Assembly (NCBI GenBank): GCA_903913285.1
Contig: CAIWKO010000022.1
Span: 5,230 to 69,229, forward strand
Source: an uncultured Bacteroidales bacterium
GTDB taxonomy: Bacteria; Bacteroidota; Bacteroidia; Bacteroidales; CAIWKO01
DNA: 64,000 nucleotides
Direction of reading: 5' to 3'
Shown here: piece after piece, positions 40,632-48,475 of the stretch
Layout: every line of letters starts with the position of its first letter
Numbering within the stretch: the stretch's first letter is position 1
Position numbers and translations under genes: made by a program
The notes under the pieces: model-generated
Database searches by the model: none
Told to the model about the DNA's origin: nothing
Seen by the model: only the letters and a program-made list of their open reading frames with translations

Positions 40632-41240
40632 TTATTTGGTTGAGGGTTTTATTTTTGTTTGAAAAGGATTTGGGGGATGATTTGATTTATTTATGACGCT
40701 GCTTGCAGGTTTTACATAGAGTTTCCAATGATCGTTTGTGCAATAATGCTTTGTAGCACCCATTTCAATCAAGCCAAATAATGTTGTACACCCACCAAAA
40801 ATTGTAACGAGCACGGTTATTACTATTGAACCCGTTCCAGAACTCTCAGAATTATAATCGTTATTACTTTTATGATAAGCATCCAAAATCAATAAGGTGA
40901 TAATACCTCCTCCTATTATTGACCCACCGAGTATTGTAGGTTCAACTCCACGGTATTTATTTATTCTAGTAATTTTGCTCACTTTGATTTGCTTGCCTTT
41001 AATAGTGATGGTTGAATCTGAGATCTCTTTTATCCTTCCAATTTCGGTAACATCATCATTCGTGCTCACTACTTTCACCCGATTTCCTTTAAGGAAAAAA
41101 GACTGAGTTGGAGTCTTCTGCCCATAAAGCAATTTGGTTCGTTCAACTACCAAAACTTTTTCACCACCGATGCTATCCTGCGCAAAACACCCACTCACCA
41201 CCGCGGCCAAAAGCAAACAAAGAAGGAGGGTTTTTTTCAT
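40632..41240 (-). CDS. Lipoprotein / membrane-anchored hypothetical protein
   Basis: 202 aa. Signal MKKTLLLCLLLAAVVSGC. Gly/Ile-rich TM-like segments in the C-terminal half. Confidence 0.65.
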   Translation of the reverse strand: MKKTLLLCLLLAAVVSGCFAQDSIGGEKVLVVERTKLLYGQKTPTQSFFLKGNRVKVVSTNDDVTEIGRIKEISDSTITIKGKQIKVSKITRINKYRGVEPTILGGSIIGGGIITLLILDAYHKSNNDYNSESSGTGSIVITVLVTIFGGCTTLFGLIEMGATKHYCTNDHWKLYVKPASSVINKSNHPPNPFQTKIKPSTK

Positions 41241-41716
41241 TGGCTTGTCTTTTTTAATGCAACTTCGTAATAATGATTGTTCACGGTTGCTGAAAACTTA
41301 AACTCTTTATTGGTTAAACGTAGTATTTCCCATTCTGTTAATACTAAAATTGGTCCAAAACTTTTCACATTATAATAGGATGATGATTGCGCAAAACGCC
41401 AAATACCTATAATTTTTTCTTTATTCTTAAATTGATAACCGTACATAAATTCTCTGTCACTGCTATTGCAATTTGAAAATCCTATACTCCATCTTTGAGT
41501 ATCATCGGCTGGATTTGAAAATACGATATTACATCCACAAGTATCTTTATATGATTGCAAAGAATCAATGCCATCCGAAGTATATTCAGTAACTTCCCAT
41601 ACTCCCCACAGTCTAGTCTGTGCCGAGCGAAAACTTATCAGCGGCCCTTCTTCATATTTCTTGCACCCACAAACCACTGCAGCCAAAAGCAAACAAAGAA
41701 GGAGGGTTTTTTTCAT
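41237..41716 (-). CDS. Lipoprotein, hypothetical
   Basis: 159 aa. Signal MKKTLLLCLLLAAVVCGC, nearly identical to that of the downstream gene. 4-nt overlap with that gene. Confidence 0.65.
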   Translation of the reverse strand: MKKTLLLCLLLAAVVCGCKKYEEGPLISFRSAQTRLWGVWEVTEYTSDGIDSLQSYKDTCGCNIVFSNPADDTQRWSIGFSNCNSSDREFMYGYQFKNKEKIIGIWRFAQSSSYYNVKSFGPILVLTEWEILRLTNKEFKFSATVNNHYYEVALKKTSQ

Positions 41717-41827
41717 GGGATAGTTTTATAATTCAAAATTACGAATTAAATTCAAATAGATAAAAATAAAAAAGGGCGTTTGCAAAACGCCCCTACATTT
41801 TTTTACCTGTTACTTGTTACCTGTTTC

Positions 41828-42565
41828 CTACATTATTATCGCGTCCCAGATGTCGGTAGGGTCGCTGTAGGTGGCTGGTTTGCCTTTATATAAAAATTGG
41901 CCATAAAACCAGGCGCGTTTGCCTTCCTGGTCGGGTTTGAAACTAACTTTCAGCAGCCCGGCAATGGTTAAACCTGCAAACACAAAACTGCTCAGTTCGG
42001 GTGCTTTGGTAACGCTGGCTTCGGTTACGGCTACAAATATCATGATCTCTTTAACACCTTCGGGTTTTGCCCGGCTTTTTTCGCCGCCCACCGTCATTTG
42101 TATTAAATGACCTAAGTGACTAGCCTCCCGAACTTTACCGCTTAAATCATTACCTGGATGGAAACCGTGAGTACCTTTGGCGACAGATTTCACTTCGTCG
42201 GGAACGGTGATTCCCAATGCAGTTTTTTGCGCCTCCGTAACCTTGGGGTTTTTGCGTATGTATCGCCCTATAAACAGGCGCAAACTGGTATCGATCACCA
42301 GATTTTTGCCGCTTTCATAATCTTTACGGGCAATTTTCAGCTCCTCCTCATCCACCTTGGTGAATATGCCGGTGCTCACTATGGCCCAAACTGCATCGAA
42401 GCGCTTTTTTTTCACGCCCACTGTATTGGTGAGCCTTTTCCATTCGAGTATCGCATCGGCCGAAAAATCCCAATCGGCCATATTATCGTTTACAACGCTT
42501 ACAAAATTATCTTGCCACGGGGCAAATAACCAATTATTAACGGGGATGAAATTGATTCCTGACAT
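41828..42565 (-). CDS. Hypothetical protein
   Basis: 245-aa ORF, no signal peptide, no recognised motif. Preceded by the 21-bp array at 42677-42844. Confidence 0.55.
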   Translation of the reverse strand: MSGINFIPVNNWLFAPWQDNFVSVVNDNMADWDFSADAILEWKRLTNTVGVKKKRFDAVWAIVSTGIFTKVDEEELKIARKDYESGKNLVIDTSLRLFIGRYIRKNPKVTEAQKTALGITVPDEVKSVAKGTHGFHPGNDLSGKVREASHLGHLIQMTVGGEKSRAKPEGVKEIMIFVAVTEASVTKAPELSSFVFAGLTIAGLLKVSFKPDQEGKRAWFYGQFLYKGKPATYSDPTDIWDAIIM

Positions 42566-42676
42566 AGTTTTAAGAGTTTTAAGATGAATACTATATTATT
42601 TAAATTGTTGATTATTATTGTGATAGTTTTAATTAATTCAACTGAGTTCCAAAATTTACAGCTGTATTGAAAGCTT

Positions 42677-42844
42677 ATTAAAATGGGCTTTCAAATTTTT
42701 GTAGCCGGCTTAGAACATTTTGTAGCCGGCTTAGAATACTTTGTAGCCGGCTTAGAATATTTCTTCGCCCACTTCAAATTTTTGACCGGCGACTAAAAAT
42801 TTTCTTTCCTGCAATAAAATTCTTTCAAAGAACAATTAAAAAAT
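42677..42844. repeat. Tandem array with exact 21-bp period (core TTTGTAGCCGGCTTAGAA[C/T]A[T/C] x3 plus degenerate flanking units)
   Basis: Core units at 42698-42718, 42719-42739 and 42740-42760. Related in-phase 21-mers on both sides (..gggctttcaaattt; ttcttcgcccacttcaaattt; ttgaccggcgactaaaaattt). Confidence 0.85.
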
Positions 42845-42954
42845 TCTAAAGCGAAAATAGTATAGGAATTACATGCTGCAAAAAGAATTTTACACCTATT
42901 CACCAACGCACACGATGTGCAATTTCCCGAAAGCCCTGCCGATGTTAGTTTACA

Positions 42955-43302
42955 TCACGCTCTGTTTTTCAAAATCCTACAACGTCTAGTGCTCATCGGA
43001 ATCTGATTGTCGTCGAAAGTTGTCAGCACGCAGCAATTGCTTTGTTTATGGCATTTTTTCAGGAATTTAAGGTTCACGATGTAGGTTTTGTGCGAACGGA
43101 AAAAAAGCGCCGGATCGAGCCTGTCTTCCAAAAATTTCAAACACACTGCCTGAGTCATTTTACTGGCCTCCTTAAAATAAATATCAACATAATGCCCGTC
43201 GCCTTCAATAAACGAAATGCTTGTGGGGTCGTCGATAACGTTGTTTTTTAATCCCGGAAAAACAATTTTTCCATAGCGCTTGCCATTTTGTTCTTTTTTC
43301 AT
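42955..43302 (-). CDS. Stand-alone LytTR DNA-binding domain protein (no receiver domain)
   Basis: 115 aa. ..ISFIEGDGHYVDIYF..FFRSHKTYIVNLKFLKK.. is typical of LytTR domains. Confidence 0.8.
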   Translation of the reverse strand: MKKEQNGKRYGKIVFPGLKNNVIDDPTSISFIEGDGHYVDIYFKEASKMTQAVCLKFLEDRLDPALFFRSHKTYIVNLKFLKKCHKQSNCCVLTTFDDNQIPMSTRRCRILKNRA

Positions 43303-43471
43303 AATTACTTAATTTTGGTTAAATAAAATTTTGATTTGTAACCTAAAATTAATTGGAATTCAGAATCAAGAAGGGTTTTTCTTCGAAGCAATTCAATAAT
43401 TTGGCTGAGGGATTTTTTTTAAAAAAATTATTTCTTTTGAATTGAAAATTAATTATTTTTGATGTACGATA

Positions 43472-43546
43472 AAAAGTGGAGACCAGAAACCACTTTAAAA
43501 AACGGCCTGCCCCGATAGGGTTATCGGGGGGCAGAACCGAAAAGCC
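43472..43546 (+). promoter_or_regulatory. Conserved two-hairpin leader element, copy 1
   Basis: aaaagtggagaccagaaaccac..aacggcctgccccgatagggttatcggggggcagaaccgaaaagcc. Ends 32 nt before the ATG at 43579. Confidence 0.6.
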
Positions 43547-43578
43547 TTACAAGTAGGAAATCAAAAACAAATTAGCTT

Positions 43579-43782
43579 ATGAAAAAAATTATACTCTTAT
43601 TATGCGTTGGAATGTTTGCAATATGTGCGTTAAGTTGTAAAAAATGTATTACATGCACTGAATCAAACACTGGATATGCTACTGATTATTGCGGACTGAC
43701 ACCAGATGTTAATAATTTTGAAAGTGACTTAAAAACTCAGGGTACAGCAGCCGGTGAAAACTGGACTTGTGTGAATAAATAA
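43579..43782 (+). CDS. Small Cys-rich lipoprotein/secreted peptide
   Basis: 67 aa. Signal MKKIILLLCVGMFAICALSC, then several Cys in the mature part. Confidence 0.6.
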   Translation: MKKIILLLCVGMFAICALSCKKCITCTESNTGYATDYCGLTPDVNNFESDLKTQGTAAGENWTCVNK

Positions 43783-43797
43783 AAATTTTATATAAAT

Positions 43798-43872
43798 AAA
43801 AGTGGAGACCAGAAACCACATTAAAAAACGGCCTGCCCCGATAGGATTATCGGGGGGCGGAACTGAAAAGCC
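43798..43872 (+). promoter_or_regulatory. Conserved two-hairpin leader element, copy 2
   Basis: Near-identical to copy 1. Ends 33 nt before the ATG at 43906. Confidence 0.6.
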
Positions 43873-43905
43873 AGATGAGTATGGAAATAAATTAAAATTA
43901 TAATT

Positions 43906-44217
43906 ATGGATGAAATTCAAAATCAACAAAATCAGCCTAGTCGACCTATAGTTATTAACCAGATTAATAAGAAATCAAATGGATTAGGTACGGCAGGTTT
44001 TATACTTGCATTAATAGCAGTTTGCTTAAGCTGGATTCCAATCATACAAATGGTAGGAGGGGTACTATGGTTTCTGGGTTTATTATTTTCCTTTATTGGA
44101 GTATTTAAAGCACCCAGAGGTCTAGCTATTGCAGGCTTAATAATTTCCTTGATAGATCTTATTATATTAATTTCAGTATTTGGAGCTCTCTTAGGGATTG
44201 GGTCCATGTCACATTGA
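43906..44217 (+). CDS. Small membrane protein (DUF4190-like, 2-3 TM helices)
   Basis: 103 aa. Polar Q/N-rich N-terminus followed by hydrophobic helices (GFILALIAVCLSWIPII.., GLLFSFIGVF, GLIISLIDLIILISVFGALLG). Confidence 0.6.
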   Translation: MDEIQNQQNQPSRPIVINQINKKSNGLGTAGFILALIAVCLSWIPIIQMVGGVLWFLGLLFSFIGVFKAPRGLAIAGLIISLIDLIILISVFGALLGIGSMSH

Positions 44218-44232
44218 TGTATCTTAAAGAAT

Positions 44233-44311
44233 AAAGTGGAGATCAGAAACCACTATAAAAAAACGGGCCTGTCCCGACAAGGTATATTGTCGGGGGCGGA
44301 ACTGAAAAGCC
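44233..44311 (+). promoter_or_regulatory. Conserved two-hairpin leader element, copy 3 (compensated stem changes)
   Basis: Hairpin 2 is cccgacaa-ggtata-ttgtcggg here, versus ccccgat-agg[g/a]tt-atcgggg in copies 1 and 2. Ends 31 nt before the ATG at 44343. Confidence 0.6.
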
Positions 44312-44342
44312 AGAAGAGTAAGAGAATTAAGATGATTTTGTT

Positions 44343-45032
44343 ATGAAAAAGTTTTTTTCAATTTATTTATTTTTATTTATTTTCCACCTCCATACAGTTA
44401 AACTCAATGCCCAGACCCAACCACAATTTATGTTTGCAACAGGTGGTGGTACATTTACTGGAATTGGCGATTTGAAAGTACTTAAAGATGATAGGATATT
44501 AAGCATTGCATTTACATACGATTCTATGGGCATTGATAAATATTCTAAGGAGTCAGATTTTCTTGAAAAAGTTGCGAAAAAATTTATAAAAGATTCTGTT
44601 GGATATAAAAAATGGATTGAAGAATGGAATAGTAATAAGCATAATTTTTTTGAGCCCGAATTTATTCAAGCTCTAAATAATGAATTAAACAATTTTGGTG
44701 TAAATGCTATCCTAAAAACAGTTGATGCTAAGTTAACAGTTCTTGTTTCAACAACATGGATACATATTGGATGGTCGTCCTCATTAGATGTTGGTACTGC
44801 TGGCATCATCGGAAGTAGCATCGCAAACAATGAATCTGAAGTCCAATTGAAACTATTTATTTATGAGGGTGATAATCAGAATAAGCGTATTGCGGAATTT
44901 TCTGCAACTGGTTTTTTTGGCAGTGAAAAAGATTTTAGTACTACATCTGGTAAAAGAATTGCATCGGCTTATGCAAAGGCTGGGAAAGAAATTGGAAAAT
45001 TTTTATGTAAAAGAGTTTATAAGAAAAAATAA
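44343..45032 (+). CDS. Secreted hypothetical protein
   Basis: 229-aa ORF with signal peptide (..HTVKLNAQ), no recognised domain. Confidence 0.6.
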   Translation: MKKFFSIYLFLFIFHLHTVKLNAQTQPQFMFATGGGTFTGIGDLKVLKDDRILSIAFTYDSMGIDKYSKESDFLEKVAKKFIKDSVGYKKWIEEWNSNKHNFFEPEFIQALNNELNNFGVNAILKTVDAKLTVLVSTTWIHIGWSSSLDVGTAGIIGSSIANNESEVQLKLFIYEGDNQNKRIAEFSATGFFGSEKDFSTTSGKRIASAYAKAGKEIGKFLCKRVYKKK

Positions 45033-45122
45033 ATGTAAGGAGTAAACCACTCATTCAGCGGCAGGCTGTGCCTTCGTCTAAATACAAATTGAGCCTGCAC
45101 CTCCATTAAATAAATAAACAAA

Positions 45123-45154
45123 AGCCTGCCCCACCCGGCGGGCTTTTTGTTTTT
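45123..45154 (+). terminator. Rho-independent terminator of the three-gene plus-strand unit
   Basis: Stem agcctgcc/ggcgggct (8 bp including one G-U), 6-nt loop, then TTTTTGTTTTT. Confidence 0.75.
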
Positions 45155-45207
45155 ATAAATACAATAAGAAAGGACACGACATGTCGTGTCCCTACTTTTA
45201 TCTTTCA

Positions 45208-45362
45208 CCCTACTTCTCAATCAAAAACATCATATTCGAAGTAAGGCTTCCTTTGTCGATGATCTGCATTTTGGCTCCGAGGCCGGAGCATAGTTCGCCG
45301 AGGCGGGCAGCCGACAGGAAATGCAGTTTCATATCGTTGGTTTTGTTGAAACCGATATGGGT
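45208..45362 (-). pseudogene. Duplicated 3' end (last ~50 codons plus stop) of the trifunctional MMPL/acyltransferase/methyltransferase gene
   Basis: 155 bp matching 48474-48628 with 5 mismatches. Encodes ..THIGFNKTNDMKLHFLSAARLGELCSGLGAKMQIIDKGSLTSNMMFLIEK*, versus the authentic C-terminus at 48476. Confidence 0.85.
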
Positions 45363-45503
45363 CGGCAAAAACCCGGTTGGACCCACCCAAGGGCAGCGTA
45401 CCATAAAAAAAGGGAAGTAAAGAGGTTCTTTTAGATATCACTATTTTTGAATGATTACATTCGTATTCAAGAATACACAAATGTTTAAAACCAAAAGAAA
45501 GAA

Positions 45504-48197
45504 TTATTTTAAAACAGTAACTGTGCCGTGCATATCGTAGGTTTTGCCATCACCGGCTCCTTTAGCAGTATAAATATAGAAATAAGTGGCATCGGCATAC
45601 GTTCTGTTGCCGTCGGTTCCATCCCAACTACCACCTACCTTATCCCAGCTAAAAACTTTTTTGCCCCAACGATTATAAATGAGCATCTCTTCAGAGCCTA
45701 ATCCAACAGATTTTACTCTAAATTCATCATTTGAACCATCACCATTGGGAGTGATAATGTTTGGAATAAAAACGTGTGAAGGAATAAAAATTGTAATTAC
45801 TATTGTAACAACATCTTCGCAACTATCAGGAGGCCCACTCGATACGGTAAGTGTAACCGTGTATGTCCCGGCAGTTGTATAAATGTGATTTGGATCTTGC
45901 ACCGTAGTGGTTGGACTGCCATCACCGAAATTCCATATATAGGAGTTAGCGTTCGAGCTATAAAAGTACACAGGTTGATTAACGGCACTGTTAACAGAAT
46001 CAACAGATGCAAATGCAGTTATGATGGTATTTGTTGATATGCTTGTTTGATCGGTTATTGAGCAATTGTTCGAATCTGTAACAGTTACAGAATAATTGCC
46101 TGCACAGATATTAGCAAGTATGTTGGTTAATGATCCGGAATTGCTCCAATGATACTGATACGGTAATGTGCCTCCGCTAACATCGGCTGTAATACTTCCG
46201 TTGCAACTACCCAAACATGTTTCGTTGATGCCTGACAAACTTAAAACCAATTGTGGCGGTTGACTTATTGAAAATGAGATAATAGTATCGCAACCATGGT
46301 TATCTGAAACAGTAACAGTATAATTGCCGATACCCAAACCCGAAACAGAATTGCCCGAAGGGGTGCCTCCCGACCATGTATACGTGTATGGTGTGGTGCC
46401 GCCAATGGCAGTTACGGCTGCGTTTCCATTGTTCGCATTATAACATGTAGAATTATGCAAGGATGACAGGCTTGTGACCAAAGGCGCCGGTTCGGTGATG
46501 ACAATATTATCTGTCGCACTACAATTTATGCTGTCGGTAACCGTCACGGTATATGTTCCTGCCGGGAGATTACTAATGTTTTGCGTATTTTGAACCGGTG
46601 AAGTATTCCATTGATAGGTATAGGGTAATAAACCGTTTGAAGGTACCACTGTGCCGCTGCCATCGTTCATTCCATGGCATGAAATATTTGAAATAATTGA
46701 TGCATCAATTGAAAGATCACTGATAGCTACCGTATCGATAGTTATAATGGATGTGCAACTGGTTTGAGTGACCGTTAATGTGATATAATACACTCCTGCC
46801 GCGGGCCAATGGACCGAATAATTTTGCAATCCACTGATGGGAGTTGCTGTTCCACCATCAAAATCCCATGTATAGGTGGCAGTAGATAGTCCATCGCCGG
46901 TATAGTTAATAATAGAATTTGCCAAATTACATAAAGGCGAGCTTGCGGTGAATGTTGAGGTTGGAAGCGGATTTACGGTAACTGTGGTTGAATCGGAAGA
47001 CATACATGTATTGGTATCTGCGTAAACGTTGTTGATCTGATGTACTCCAACACCGGCAGTCATAGGGTTGAATGTTGTGCCTGTAACACCATCTCCCGAA
47101 TAAACACCGCCTACAGGAGAACCATAAGTGGTTAGACTGAAAGAATTTGCGCCAACACAAACGGGAGCAATATTATTGATAGAAACAATGGGGACGTAAT
47201 TTGGAATATAGACACTATCGATGGTTTGCAAATTATTTGCATCGGTAACGGTTACAGTATAATATCCTTCACAAAGCCCAAAAGCGGTATCGGTTAGCGA
47301 TGCCTGTGTGTCGTTCCAGGTATATGTATAAGGAGGAGTGCCTCCTGTTGGTACAACAACTGCCTGACCATTACATGTAATAACCGGAGGAGGATTACAA
47401 ATGCTGTTACAATTACCCACTGTTGGCGCAGAAGCCGAACTATTCCATGCACCACCATCAGGAATTCTTCGCCATGATTGACCCATATACGTTGCAGGAT
47501 TTAGATTTGTGATATACGTTTTCATACCTGCAGGTATAGCATCGTATGAAGGCAGCGCAGTGGCATTTGTACAGCCAGCGCAGGTTGCAACACACGGGGC
47601 ACACGAAAGACAGGAGTTTGTGGTAGAATTCCACGAAATAGCATCCTGTGGATTTCCATTCTTATCGTAAAAAGCAAACCAGCCTCCCGCATTGGGAAAC
47701 CATAAACGATTTGCACCTGTTTCTAAACAAACATTACCCGGTAAATCATCAACAATAAATTCCAAAGTTGTTCCACCATTTTGTACCAGTAAAGATGCCG
47801 GAACAGGCGTTGCATTTGTGCCTCTTATAACTACAAATCCGCTGGGTGGCACAATAGTGTTGTCAGGAATTCTATAACCTCCGCCATAATTATCAATGTC
47901 GGGAGCATTATTTCCTAAATAATAACAAGAAATATCGACCGGCTTACACAAATCAGGATTGTATAATTCAATCCATTCTCCTCTTCGGGTATTATCCTGA
48001 TCATATATGGAACCATCACCAACTGACGGGCAAAGCATTACTTCATTGATCAGAATTTTAGGGCCATTATAGTTGCAGCCATTTCCATTACAAACATAAT
48101 TCGTATCAGTTTGGAATGTTAATGTAATCTGCGCTTTAGCTGAATTACTAATAATAATTAAAACTAAAACTGAAAGGTAATACTTAATGTTTTTCAT
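45504..48197 (-). CDS. T9SS type B (gliding-motility-associated C-terminal domain) surface protein with lamin-tail, SprB-repeat and PKD modules
   Basis: 897 aa. Signal peptide, LTD-like ILINEV..GEWIELYNP, repeated C.G..DG...V...GG..PYTY.W modules, PKD-like ..WNFGDGSP..H.YT.AGTYTVTLTV. C-terminal IPN.ITPNGDG.ND.F..IYNRWG..VF. Confidence 0.85.
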   Translation of the reverse strand: MKNIKYYLSVLVLIIISNSAKAQITLTFQTDTNYVCNGNGCNYNGPKILINEVMLCPSVGDGSIYDQDNTRRGEWIELYNPDLCKPVDISCYYLGNNAPDIDNYGGGYRIPDNTIVPPSGFVVIRGTNATPVPASLLVQNGGTTLEFIVDDLPGNVCLETGANRLWFPNAGGWFAFYDKNGNPQDAISWNSTTNSCLSCAPCVATCAGCTNATALPSYDAIPAGMKTYITNLNPATYMGQSWRRIPDGGAWNSSASAPTVGNCNSICNPPPVITCNGQAVVVPTGGTPPYTYTWNDTQASLTDTAFGLCEGYYTVTVTDANNLQTIDSVYIPNYVPIVSINNIAPVCVGANSFSLTTYGSPVGGVYSGDGVTGTTFNPMTAGVGVHQINNVYADTNTCMSSDSTTVTVNPLPTSTFTASSPLCNLANSIINYTGDGLSTATYTWDFDGGTATPISGLQNYSVHWPAAGVYYITLTVTQTSCTSIITIDTVAISDLSIDASIISNISCHGMNDGSGTVVPSNGLLPYTYQWNTSPVQNTQNISNLPAGTYTVTVTDSINCSATDNIVITEPAPLVTSLSSLHNSTCYNANNGNAAVTAIGGTTPYTYTWSGGTPSGNSVSGLGIGNYTVTVSDNHGCDTIISFSISQPPQLVLSLSGINETCLGSCNGSITADVSGGTLPYQYHWSNSGSLTNILANICAGNYSVTVTDSNNCSITDQTSISTNTIITAFASVDSVNSAVNQPVYFYSSNANSYIWNFGDGSPTTTVQDPNHIYTTAGTYTVTLTVSSGPPDSCEDVVTIVITIFIPSHVFIPNIITPNGDGSNDEFRVKSVGLGSEEMLIYNRWGKKVFSWDKVGGSWDGTDGNRTYADATYFYIYTAKGAGDGKTYDMHGTVTVLK

Positions 48198-48379
48198 TAG
48201 GATGTATTATTTGTGAATATTTCCAGCTACAAATATAATCCGTGTTAATTTTATGTAAATGTAAGGATAATACTATTATTGACAAATTATTATTAAAGAT
48301 GGTTGTTTTATAATCAAAAAAGATGTTTTACGGCTTTTGTATAAAGACAAAAAACATAGAGTTATGTAAGTATCTTTAG

Positions 48380-48407
48380 AAAAAAAATAATGCAACAGCA
48401 GTTGCAT
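48380..48407 (-). terminator. Candidate terminator of the trifunctional gene
   Basis: On the minus strand: tgcaac-tgct-gttgca hairpin followed by TTATTTTTTTT. Confidence 0.5.
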
Positions 48408-48475
48408 ATTCAGGTTTCCCGTTCGGCGGCAGGCTCTGCTCCCTAAATTTCTGACTTCGGTCTTCGTGCTTTCCC

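Noticed and set aside
43302-45160. Integron-like cassette array: three small same-strand ORFs, each associated with an imperfect palindromic element, with a divergent gene upstream.
   Set aside because: The divergent gene is a LytTR-domain protein, not a tyrosine recombinase. The repeated element precedes the ORFs at a fixed distance from the start codons rather than following them, and I could not find attC-like R/L core sites.
45363-45503. Possible small gene or ncRNA between the duplicated gene fragment and the adhesin gene end (ORFs 45181..45420 +, 45217..45480 -).
   Set aside because: These ORFs are alternative-frame readings of the duplicated fragment and its flank. No motif, structure or conserved repeat could be seen in 45363-45503.
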